64,000 nucleotides of DNA from Cyanobacteria bacterium P01_A01_bin.123 (GTDB lineage: Bacteria; Cyanobacteriota; Cyanobacteriia; Phormidesmidales; Phormidesmidaceae), in assembly GCA_039815185.1 (NCBI GenBank), contig JBCBZT010000002.1, positions 128,001-192,000 on the forward strand. The letters are read 5' to 3'. Both the position numbers and the translations under genes were made by a program. This document shows positions 1-8,802 of the stretch, piece after piece. Position 1 is the first letter of the stretch; every line of letters begins with the position of its first letter. The notes beneath the pieces were generated by a model. That model made no database searches, was not told the DNA's origin, and saw nothing but the letters and a program-made list of their open reading frames with translations.

Positions 1-528
1 GACAATGGCCATATGAGGATTGAAATGGCTCCGTTGGGTGCAGGACATGCGCGACAAAACTCGATTGTATCCAAAGTGATTAGCCTCTACGCTATGGTTC
101 GCAATTTGCGGCTAGTCGAATTCACGAATTGCAGCTTCTACAAAACCGGAGAACGGGGCTGTCAGCCAGATACTGCTTTCTACATTGGGGCTAACTTTCA
201 ACTGCCACCTCAAAATAATTCGCCAGTTGATGTGAATGTATTTGGGCCACCTGCTTTGGCGATTGAAATTAGCGGCAGCACCTTTAAAGATGATTTGGGC
301 GCAAAGCGGTTGCTGTATGAGCGGTTGGGCGTAGCGGAATATTGGGTGGTGAATGTGGCAGAGCAGGATGTGATTGCCTTTGCCATTGCAGATCAGCGTA
401 GCGGTGAAGTGCAGATCTCGGAGGTGTTGCCGGGGCTAGAGATAAGTTTGGTAGAACAAGCATTGCATCGTTCCCAAACTGAAGATGACAGCATCCTCAT
501 GCGCTGGCTGATGGACACTTTGCAGTAA
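1..528 (+). CDS. Uma2 family (PD-(D/E)XK) putative endonuclease, probably 5'-truncated by the window edge
   Basis: QPD, AIEIS, K..LYERLGVAEYWVVN motifs typical of Uma2; frame is open back to position 1 (DNGHMRIEM). Confidence 0.85.
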   Translation, partial: DNGHMRIEMAPLGAGHARQNSIVSKVISLYAMVRNLRLVEFTNCSFYKTGERGCQPDTAFYIGANFQLPPQNNSPVDVNVFGPPALAIEISGSTFKDDLGAKRLLYERLGVAEYWVVNVAEQDVIAFAIADQRSGEVQISEVLPGLEISLVEQALHRSQTEDDSILMRWLMDTLQ

Positions 529-552
529 AAATTATACTCCCTGACCACCCTC

Positions 553-792
553 ATGACCCAGCCGTCTCCACAGAAACCTACCTTTGAGGAACGCCTCTCG
601 GATGCCGTTTTCAAGCTTATTGTTGCTGGCAGTGGGGGCTATGCTCTGTATAACCTTTACTTGGAAGACATTCCCAAAGCAGCCATTTCTGGATTGGTGG
701 CCTTTGGCTCTGGGTTAATGACCAGTTTTGGTCAGGGACTTATGAATGCCCTGACCAATCGCATGAAACAGCGGGGTGAAGCTACAAGCTGA
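553..792 (+). pseudogene. Probable N-terminal fragment of a larger protein (two hydrophobic helices, resembling N-termini of cyanobacterial NACHT-type proteins)
   Basis: 79-aa ORF with Gly-rich hydrophobic helices that ends abruptly where an opposite-strand fragment begins; family assignment from recollection only. Confidence 0.35.
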
Positions 793-907
793 TCACAGTA
801 GCGTCGCCTTTTGACGCTGTAGCTAAAGCGGTTAAAACCTCAGGTACCAGCGGCTTAAGGTCAGCCAAACGATTGGATGGAGCCTGCAAAACGATGACTA
901 TTTTCAG
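782..907 (-). pseudogene. C-terminal remnant of a DUF5615/VapC45-like PIN protein
   Basis: Manual translation LKIVIVLQAPSNRLADLKPLVPEVLTALATASKGDATVISL*; no in-frame ATG/GTG/TTG upstream before a TGA. Confidence 0.55.
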
Positions 908-1141
908 TCTTGAAAAATTTAATTCAGAAAATTTAATCTTGGCTAAAAATATCAGTTTTATAATAAAAATATCGCTAAAGATAAAGCTTCATGATGTTTC
1001 TTTAGCGTGATCAAGCTCGATTAAATCGATCATTCAGCCTCCAAACCCGATTTATTAAATAAGGCTAGAACTATCTAATTCGGGTTCAGTGGGCTAGAAG
1101 ATTGCCATGCTCTGGATTCGAGATTGTGCAAGGAGAGTCTT

Positions 1142-1672
1142 ATGTTCAAGAAAATTCTAGTTGCAATTGATGGTTCTGAGACTAGATCTCAAGCTATCTT
1201 TCAACAGGCATTAACCTTAGCAAAAATGACTGATTCTCAGTTAATGTTGTTGCACGTCCTATGTTCAGAAGATCACAATAATCCTGGTTTGCCGATGCGA
1301 ACCTACAGTGTTTACTATCCTCCCGTTGACGATGTGGCTTGGCAAACCTATCAAAAACGCTGGGATGACTATGAACGTAGCTGGGTTGAAAAACTAAAAA
1401 ATATGAGCGATTCTGCGATCGCGGCGGGTGTCCCCACCGAATTTACAGAAGCGGGGGGAGAGCCTGGCAAACAAATTTGCAACCTGGCAAAAAGCTGGGC
1501 CGCTGATTTAATTATTGTTGGCAGTCGTGGCCGTAAGGGCATTGCAGAATGGTTGCTGGGCAGCATCAGCAACTATGTCATGCACCACGCCCCTTGTTCA
1601 GTATTGGTTGTTCATAATGCTGCCACCGCTAATGCCTCAGCTACGACTACCGAAGCCGCCGTTGTGACCTAG
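1142..1672 (+). CDS. Universal stress protein (UspA domain)
   Basis: MFKKILVAIDGS N-terminus; DLIIVGSRGRKG..LLGSISNYVMHHAPCSVLVV C-terminal motif. Confidence 0.93.
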   Translation: MFKKILVAIDGSETRSQAIFQQALTLAKMTDSQLMLLHVLCSEDHNNPGLPMRTYSVYYPPVDDVAWQTYQKRWDDYERSWVEKLKNMSDSAIAAGVPTEFTEAGGEPGKQICNLAKSWAADLIIVGSRGRKGIAEWLLGSISNYVMHHAPCSVLVVHNAATANASATTTEAAVVT

Positions 1673-1767
1673 CCAATGCAATCCGGCCATAGTGGATTTG
1701 ACTGTTCACTGGGTCGGGCAAAATATTGTCAACGGGTCTAAACTGATGGTGTTTCCACCGTGATTGG

Positions 1768-2067
1768 TTGCCTTTGAACCCTATAAACTTTCTGACAGAG
1801 ATCCTAGGTGATGCCGAATCCTGGGAAATTACAGATCTGATCATCGCAATTAGCGTCGTTCTAGCTGGGGCTATTGCCATCTTTCGCCTAGACCAAGATG
1901 ACACCTTAGATGATGAAGATCTGTGGGCGGAGGTTTCAGATGATGAAATCAATCAGGACGATGAGGCGTTTGACGCAGATGAATCAGACGGCGACATTGA
2001 CATTACAGATGAGGCGGCAACGGCCTTAGAAGATGATGGGGCGAGATTTTCCCCTAAGGACGAATGA
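1768..2067 (+). CDS. Small single-TM protein with very acidic tail
   Basis: One hydrophobic helix (LIIAISVVLAGAIAIF) then a D/E-rich tail; TTG start uncertain. Confidence 0.55.
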   Translation: MPLNPINFLTEILGDAESWEITDLIIAISVVLAGAIAIFRLDQDDTLDDEDLWAEVSDDEINQDDEAFDADESDGDIDITDEAATALEDDGARFSPKDE

Positions 2068-3817
2068 GATAGCGCTGCGATTGCCGCTGTTTGGAGATGG
2101 CCTTGGCGCGATATAAAGGCACTTGGATTAAATGGGATACCAAACCAATGCCAAGTATCAACATCGATAGGGCAACCACGGGTTGGAAAAAGCCAATCGT
2201 CAAGCCTAAACTGACGGCACAACCCAAGAATGCTGTCAGCAACACAATCCGAATTGAGAAATTGGGTCTAAACCGCTCTTTTAACAAGGCATCAACTGCC
2301 AGCCCCAGAGAAATTCCTGAAATCCAACCGCTGACGAGCCCAATCCCGCAACCGAGCAAAATCTCAGCTACGCTACCACTGTTGATATTGCCTGCCATAA
2401 ACCAAGCCGATAGTAAGGTTAAGGTGCCTACTATTGCCCCTGCGATGGCACCTACATTAGCGCTCATTGACCCCGTACTTGCCAGCGCCCAAGCTGCGAC
2501 TTCTAGTCCGCCAGCAGTCCCCGCTGCAGTGCCAAAGGCGGCCAGAGCTAGGTTGCCATCTAACACCACATGCTCACCCACCAGCCAGTACACGCTGCGA
2601 TACAAAAACATCATGGCGAAAAAGAGTAAACCTAGCGATCTCCAGTAGGCTTGTTTTTGCCGGGTCAATAAAGGTGCTGTTTTTAGCTTGATAGAAAGTG
2701 AATAAGCTTCGGGTAGGGCATTGGTCGTTAGTCGTAGGGTTCGTTCATACAGATGATCGGTCATCAGACGACTGGCATCGACCGTGATTTCAAAGGTTGC
2801 CTCATTGCCTCGGAAGACGTTCGGTTCAATCGTAATCCAGGGATGGCTACCCTCTTGGGTCAGCGGATCACTCGGATGGGATAAAATCTCCCATTGACCC
2901 TGAAGCTCTGTATCAGGAACTGGATTACTAACTTGCAACGTCTGCACCAACGTTTGATTAGAACGGCTGGCCGTTAGATCAATAGAACTCTGACTCAGAC
3001 GTACCTTAGGAGAATACAAAGGACAGTTTGGCATGCTTTGTAAGGCAGCTACCGCATTGGGATAGCGTTCCTTTGAGCGAGTCTCAACTAACCGCTCTAG
3101 CCACTTCACCCAGTGAATATTAATCTTGGGCACCAGATGCTTAAACTTAACGCGGTAGCTAATGTCGACTAAATCGCCAATATCATCGGGCTTTGTCCCC
3201 GTGAGCAGGCATACTAGCGTCATTCCTAAACCGTATAAATCAGAGGCTTCGGTCAGGGTTCGATTAAACAACTGCTCTGGCGGCATAAATCCCAGCGTGC
3301 CTTTGACCACACTGCTGACCCCGACCTCGCCATCACCCACGCGGGCAAAACCAAAGTCAACCAGATACACATTTAGGTCATCATCCACCAAGATATTATC
3401 TGGCTTAATGTCGCGGTGAATCACAGGAGGGATACGCGACTGTAAATAAACCAAAATCTCTAAAACCGCAATCGCAATGCTTTGAATCTGCGGCGGACTA
3501 AAACTTCGATTAGCCGAGAGTGATACAGCAGGCTTATAATCCTGCACCATGCAAAATCCCTCATCAGTTTGGAAGCCGTCTACGTAGCGGGGAATTCCAG
3601 GATGATTCAGGGAACGCAGGACTTCAATCTCTCGCTGATAGGCATCAAAGTCTGCCCAAGAGGCCTGTGTCTTGGCAAATTGGAACTGTTTCAACACAAA
3701 AGGCTGATGGTTCAGCGCGTCCCTAGCCAGATACGTAACCCGTCCGCCTGCTCGGTTACAACCCAGCTCTTCCTCAATCAGATAGCCATACTCTTTGAAA
3801 TCAGGAAAATTAGCCAT
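2054..3817 (-). CDS. Membrane-anchored Hanks-type Ser/Thr protein kinase
   Basis: VLK, IHRDIKPDN, DFG, GFMPPEQ, DLYGLG motifs; beta-rich middle domain; C-terminal multi-TM region; likely start MANFPDF. Confidence 0.92.
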   Translation of the reverse strand: MANFPDFKEYGYLIEEELGCNRAGGRVTYLARDALNHQPFVLKQFQFAKTQASWADFDAYQREIEVLRSLNHPGIPRYVDGFQTDEGFCMVQDYKPAVSLSANRSFSPPQIQSIAIAVLEILVYLQSRIPPVIHRDIKPDNILVDDDLNVYLVDFGFARVGDGEVGVSSVVKGTLGFMPPEQLFNRTLTEASDLYGLGMTLVCLLTGTKPDDIGDLVDISYRVKFKHLVPKINIHWVKWLERLVETRSKERYPNAVAALQSMPNCPLYSPKVRLSQSSIDLTASRSNQTLVQTLQVSNPVPDTELQGQWEILSHPSDPLTQEGSHPWITIEPNVFRGNEATFEITVDASRLMTDHLYERTLRLTTNALPEAYSLSIKLKTAPLLTRQKQAYWRSLGLLFFAMMFLYRSVYWLVGEHVVLDGNLALAAFGTAAGTAGGLEVAAWALASTGSMSANVGAIAGAIVGTLTLLSAWFMAGNINSGSVAEILLGCGIGLVSGWISGISLGLAVDALLKERFRPNFSIRIVLLTAFLGCAVSLGLTIGFFQPVVALSMLILGIGLVSHLIQVPLYRAKAISKQRQSQRYLIRP

Positions 3818-4108
3818 ATTCAAAGCTAGGTTGCAATGCACCAATAGACAACACAATAAAAATTCGCGTTAATCAACTCGCTCTCTAAGATAGAAACGAT
3901 AAAACCTTAGAAATAACCCTGTTAAAAACTTTAACTCAAACGTAGGTATTCTTTACTAAAGATTATCTACTCGATTTTTATAACATATTTGCCTCAGTAT
4001 TTTCTATGAAACAGGCCTTTCCCGATACTCAAGCTTGTCGCATCACGCATCAAGCCGAATGATATGCGATGCGCTTGTACCTGTGGCGGTGGCTAAGGGG
4101 CCTAAGGG

Positions 4109-5410
4109 TCAAAAAATTGGGTTGGCGATCGCCGCGTTGCGTTGCTGAGCCGCTGTTTGAAACAGCTGACTATACTGCTGATAGCCGCCGGGAACCACCA
4201 CGTTCAGCGTCAAGGGATCTTGCGTATCGCGAGGATCGCAGGGGCCTTCGATCACCTGAGCCTGTCCGTCTAGGGTGGTGAGTTTGATGGCTTTGCGATT
4301 TTTTAGCTCGCCATCGCTGCTGTCGACATAGACTATGAGGTTATCCGTTTTGAGAGCTCGGCCAATGTCCTGTACTAGGGTCAAAAAGTTGCGATCGCTG
4401 CCCCCCCGCTTGGCGACCAAATTCCCCTTTTCTTCGATTATTTGACTCGTGACCGTATCGCCCACACCGATAATCTTGGGCATCACTGCCGGGTCAAAAT
4501 TGTCTTTAACCAATTGCAATAGGGCGTCGTGATCATGGGGTGCTTGGCGGGCATTGAATCCTTCGCCTAGGGGATAAGCCCCTGTGCGTTGATACACATA
4601 GCGGTTGAGTAGGGCCAATACCCCGGCTTCTTTGATGGCGCCCCGCAGCATAAACTGAAAGTCTGTTGTCCCTGAAGCCTGATCGTCACTCCACCAAATC
4701 ACTTCTTTGCCATCTGCCCCGCGACCCAGGTTCGGCGCGTAGTGAACAAAGAAAGACTCTGCTAGCTCCTGGGCCGATGCCTCTGCTAGCAATTGATCCA
4801 TCAATACCTGCATCGTTTTTTGGAGGGCTGCGAAAACCTGGGTTTGGCCGCCCATCGCCCCATACAACGTATTCAAGTTAGCCGTCGGAGAAGCAACATT
4901 ATCTAGGGCGGAGGAATCGATGCAGGTTGCGAGGGTGGCTTCATCTAAGACGTCAGGGTACTGGGCAAAAAACTCATGTAGCTGTTCCCGAATTCTATTA
5001 GGGACTGCTTTCAAAAACGTGAGTTCGGCGTCACTAACACCCGGATGGGACACTTGACCGTCGCGCTCTTGCCATTGGACCCCGCCTGCGGCCAATCCAG
5101 GTAAGTAAAGTCCCTCAGATTTAACCCTGCCCGGATCTCCAAAGGCCCGTTCTACAATGCCGTTGACCCCACGTTGGCCAATATGTTCTCCGTTGGTGAG
5201 CACGTAAAAATGATCCCCCAGCGATCGCGTTGCGGTGACATAATCCGTCTCGATCAAGCGATGGAGCGGGTCATTCACTAGCCCCATGCAAACCCCGTCT
5301 AAGTCTTGAATAATCAGCAAATTTTCAGTTTTAGCCAGTACATCTACGAGAGCATCGTGCTGCAAAGACATGGATTGCTGGTGCAAGGGTAAATCGGTGG
5401 CAAGGCTCAT
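4109..5410 (-). CDS. stpA: Glucosylglycerol 3-phosphatase
   Basis: LIIQDLDGVCM, VLTNGEH, GTTDFQFML, GVGDTVTS, RGGSDRNFL motifs characteristic of StpA/GgpP. Confidence 0.92.
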   Translation of the reverse strand: MSLATDLPLHQQSMSLQHDALVDVLAKTENLLIIQDLDGVCMGLVNDPLHRLIETDYVTATRSLGDHFYVLTNGEHIGQRGVNGIVERAFGDPGRVKSEGLYLPGLAAGGVQWQERDGQVSHPGVSDAELTFLKAVPNRIREQLHEFFAQYPDVLDEATLATCIDSSALDNVASPTANLNTLYGAMGGQTQVFAALQKTMQVLMDQLLAEASAQELAESFFVHYAPNLGRGADGKEVIWWSDDQASGTTDFQFMLRGAIKEAGVLALLNRYVYQRTGAYPLGEGFNARQAPHDHDALLQLVKDNFDPAVMPKIIGVGDTVTSQIIEEKGNLVAKRGGSDRNFLTLVQDIGRALKTDNLIVYVDSSDGELKNRKAIKLTTLDGQAQVIEGPCDPRDTQDPLTLNVVVPGGYQQYSQLFQTAAQQRNAAIANPIF

Positions 5411-7149
5411 GGAATTGTTCTCCGCGCGTCTCTTGCCTCACCATACCAAAGCAACCCCCATCGCTTCAGCATCCCTAACCCAATCCCCAAACTCACTAGA
5501 CTGAGTCCAGCCCCCCAAATCAAGGCTCGCGTCGGTTGATATCGCAACACAACGGTATGAGCCCCTGGAGGCAGTTCCACAGCGATCGCGCCATCGCTCA
5601 AAACCACCCCCGATTGGGGGCGATCGTCCACCGTGATCTGCCAAGCCGGATAGTAAAAGGTCCGTACCTTTAGCGTGGTCGCGGTGGCGGCCCTCACCCC
5701 CAACACTCGGTATTGGTTTTTCCAAGTTTGTAAGTTGACTGTCGCGTCACCCGTCAGTACGGAGACTGGGGGTTCTCCAGGCTGGGGTTGAGGGGCAGGC
5801 TGATGATCAATCAGGGGTTGATATTCGGGCACATCGGGCAGATTGTCCTGATAGGGATTCCACAATGCCTCGCGAATCCCATCCAAATAGGCTGTGTCGG
5901 CTCGACCCGAATTATGAAGTGTGGGAAATCGACGCGGCCATTGGTAGGCATAGGCCAGATTTCCCATTATCAGAACTGTAATCAGCAGCCATCCGCTCAG
6001 TCGGATGCCCCAATGACGGGATTGATTGCCTGCCATCATCGCCGGACTGATTAATGCCGCCCCACCCATAGACAAAAATGAAAGCAGTCGGGTGGGGCTT
6101 TGAACTCGCACCAGGGTAGGGCTCAGTCGCCACAGTGACCAGGTTAGGGAGGTCATGCTCAAGGCTAGGATTAGGGTGAACCCCAGCCATTTCAGCGTTT
6201 CAGTTTGAACCAAACGCTGGCGACGGTAGGCCACCAGTGCGAAAACGGCGATCGCACTACTGCTCAACACTTGATAAAAATATGCCCAGGTCAGATGGCT
6301 ATCAAAATTCAACCGCGTCGTGACCAGATGATGCAGTCTGATCATCCGATCATAAAAGGTGGCCCCACCCACCGTTGCCATGGCATCAATGTTGACCCAG
6401 CCCTTTTCGAGGGTGGCAGGCAGCAAAAAGACACTGGCTAATCCCAACCCCACGAGGGTGGCAAAGCCGATCGCCGCGATCGCTTGCCACCCAGCCTTAC
6501 GATAGGAAACCAGGGTGTAGGGTAGCCACACCACTAACCCCAGCAGCAGTGATGGCAGGTGGGTCAAGCTCAGCAGCATCCAGCCCAGAGATACCCCCAA
6601 TCGCCAATGGGGACTGTTTCTAGACTGATCAGTGGCCCACCAAATCCAGGGAATCCAGACCATGGCAAACACGGTCGAAAGGCTACCAAAGCTGTAGACC
6701 ACATAGACAACGTAGGGAGCGCTCAGATACGCAACGGCGCTGACCAGAGCAGCGCCGGCACCCCACCGCGATCGCTGATAACCGTACATCATGCCACCCG
6801 CCCCCAAAATACCGAGGGAGAACAGCAGGGTGATCGTGCGTTCAGTATTTAACCCCAATCCTTTCAGGGCCGAGCCCAGGTAATAAACCAGCGGCGGGTA
6901 AAACACAAAGGTAGGACTGCCATAGCCATAGTTGGTGCCCCCCAGCCAGCGCGGATAGACATCGCCGTCTGTCAATCCTTTGAAAAAATACTGGAGCCAG
7001 GCGATGTGCCACTGTAAATCGGCAATTCCGTTGAGTCCATCCCGAATCATGCGTGAATTAACCAGCAGCGTCGCGATCAGCAAAGCGACGCCTACCCAGA
7101 TCAACTCAAAGAACCAGGATTGACGACCATGGGCGCGGGTTTCAGCCAT
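5407..7149 (-). CDS. PTPS-related multi-pass membrane protein (putative GT-C glycosyltransferase, YfhO-like C-terminus)
   Basis: YPRW..NYGYGSPTFVFYPPL motif, many TM helices, C-terminal YYPAW...LPPGAHTVVLRY; ATGA overlap with stpA. Confidence 0.75.
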   Translation of the reverse strand: MAETRAHGRQSWFFELIWVGVALLIATLLVNSRMIRDGLNGIADLQWHIAWLQYFFKGLTDGDVYPRWLGGTNYGYGSPTFVFYPPLVYYLGSALKGLGLNTERTITLLFSLGILGAGGMMYGYQRSRWGAGAALVSAVAYLSAPYVVYVVYSFGSLSTVFAMVWIPWIWWATDQSRNSPHWRLGVSLGWMLLSLTHLPSLLLGLVVWLPYTLVSYRKAGWQAIAAIGFATLVGLGLASVFLLPATLEKGWVNIDAMATVGGATFYDRMIRLHHLVTTRLNFDSHLTWAYFYQVLSSSAIAVFALVAYRRQRLVQTETLKWLGFTLILALSMTSLTWSLWRLSPTLVRVQSPTRLLSFLSMGGAALISPAMMAGNQSRHWGIRLSGWLLITVLIMGNLAYAYQWPRRFPTLHNSGRADTAYLDGIREALWNPYQDNLPDVPEYQPLIDHQPAPQPQPGEPPVSVLTGDATVNLQTWKNQYRVLGVRAATATTLKVRTFYYPAWQITVDDRPQSGVVLSDGAIAVELPPGAHTVVLRYQPTRALIWGAGLSLVSLGIGLGMLKRWGLLWYGEARDARRTIP

Positions 7150-7173
7150 CAGGGATTCGCAATTTGGAGATCA

Positions 7174-8526
7174 TCAGTTCGGGTGACACACTGCCTTCAA
7201 CGTTGCCACAAAATCTGGATAGGACACAGCCGCTGCTTCTGCCCGCTCAATGGTGGTGGTGCCCGCGGTTCGCAGGGCTGCGATCGCTAAACTCATGGCA
7301 ATCCGGTGATCCGTAAAGCTATTGACCGTCGCGCCGCTGAGGTCGGCTTCTCCCGCAATTTCCAGCCCGTCGGGGTACTCAGTCAGGGCAGCGCCCAGTT
7401 TAGTCAGTTGGGAGGCCATCACTGCCAATCGATCGCTTTCTTTAACCCGCAGTTCAGCCGCATCCGTAATCTTGGTTGTACCCCGAGCAAAGAGGGCCGC
7501 AACCGCTAAAATCGGCACTTCATCGACCATCCGGGGGATGATATCGCCACCTAGGGTACAGCCCTTAAGCACACTGTGACGAACGCGCAAATCAGCAACG
7601 GGTTCCCCCGTGACCAGTCGTTCATTTTCAAGGGTGATGTCGGCATCCATCTGCTCCAGGGCGTCTAAAATCCCCGTGCGGGTCGGATTAATGCCCACAT
7701 TTTCAATCACTAAATTTGACCCTGGGGTGATCGCCGCCGCAACCAACCAAAAGGCTGCAGAGCTAATATCGCCAGGTACAACCACCGTTTGCCCCGTTAG
7801 GGTAGCGGGGCCATTGAGGGTAACGCTGCAAGTGTCTGGATCAACCGTCACATCGGCGCCAAAAGCCCTCAGCATCCGCTCGCTGTGATCCCGTGACAGC
7901 GTTGGCTCGGTGACGGTGGTTGGCCCATTGACGGTCAGGCCAGCCAGTAAAATGCAAGATTTGACTTGGGCAGAGGCCACCGGCGAATGATAATGCATCG
8001 ACTTAAGCACTTGCCCCTGTACTGCCAGGGGGGCGAGGGTATTCCCCTGGCGTCCCCAAATTTGAGCCCCCATTTGCGTCAGTGGTTTGACCACGCGAGA
8101 CATGGGCCGACGGCGAATGGAGCTATCCCCAGTGAGGGTAAAAAAACAGTCGGGTTGGGCAGCGAGCAACCCCAACATTAATCGGATAGCGGTGCCTGCG
8201 TTGCCAACATCCAAGATATCAGTGGGTTCTTGCAGATGGCCTAGCCCCTGCCCTTTAACCGTGATCCACTCAGTGTCAAGATTGGAGACTTCAGCCCCCA
8301 TTTGCTGAAAACATCGGGCCGTACTACGGGGATCTTCTCCGAGTAACAAGCCTTGAATACGAGTCTCCCCTGACGCGATCGCACCCAGCATCAAAGCTCT
8401 ATGAGAAATGGACTTATCGCCAGGAACCCGCACCCGCCCTTGTAGCGACACGCCTTGTGCGGGTGGCATAATCGCCAGCCGTTGATGGGGGGGGTGGGAC
8501 GTCAGATTAATTATCGAATCAGACAT
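7174..8526 (-). CDS. aroA: 3-phosphoshikimate 1-carboxyvinyltransferase (EPSP synthase)
   Basis: [39 protein letters not shown] motifs. Confidence 0.97.
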   Translation of the reverse strand: MSDSIINLTSHPPHQRLAIMPPAQGVSLQGRVRVPGDKSISHRALMLGAIASGETRIQGLLLGEDPRSTARCFQQMGAEVSNLDTEWITVKGQGLGHLQEPTDILDVGNAGTAIRLMLGLLAAQPDCFFTLTGDSSIRRRPMSRVVKPLTQMGAQIWGRQGNTLAPLAVQGQVLKSMHYHSPVASAQVKSCILLAGLTVNGPTTVTEPTLSRDHSERMLRAFGADVTVDPDTCSVTLNGPATLTGQTVVVPGDISSAAFWLVAAAITPGSNLVIENVGINPTRTGILDALEQMDADITLENERLVTGEPVADLRVRHSVLKGCTLGGDIIPRMVDEVPILAVAALFARGTTKITDAAELRVKESDRLAVMASQLTKLGAALTEYPDGLEIAGEADLSGATVNSFTDHRIAMSLAIAALRTAGTTTIERAEAAAVSYPDFVATLKAVCHPN

Positions 8527-8802
8527 GGCATAGGGTGAATCAAAAGGGTGCTAGCAGATCTTATCGCCTCCAGGAACTCCCTCAAACTTGCTTTGTCCTG
8601 ATCCTAAGATTTTGACTAAAACGTCTCCCCCACTGGCTCACACCCAGACTAATATTCTTATCAGTTGCCTTACATATCTCACAGTACAGATTTAGGCTTT
8701 CTCTAAACTCGTCCCTTAAACTATGAGCAATGCTGGGCATCACATCATTCTGGGTTAAGTCAATAATCACAGCACCCTTGGGTTGAGAGGGAACGGTTAC
8801 AG

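Noticed and set aside
2091..2648. Long antisense/shadow ORFs (also 31603-32055, 54486-54935 and others)
   Set aside because: Lie opposite well-supported genes; explained by codon bias
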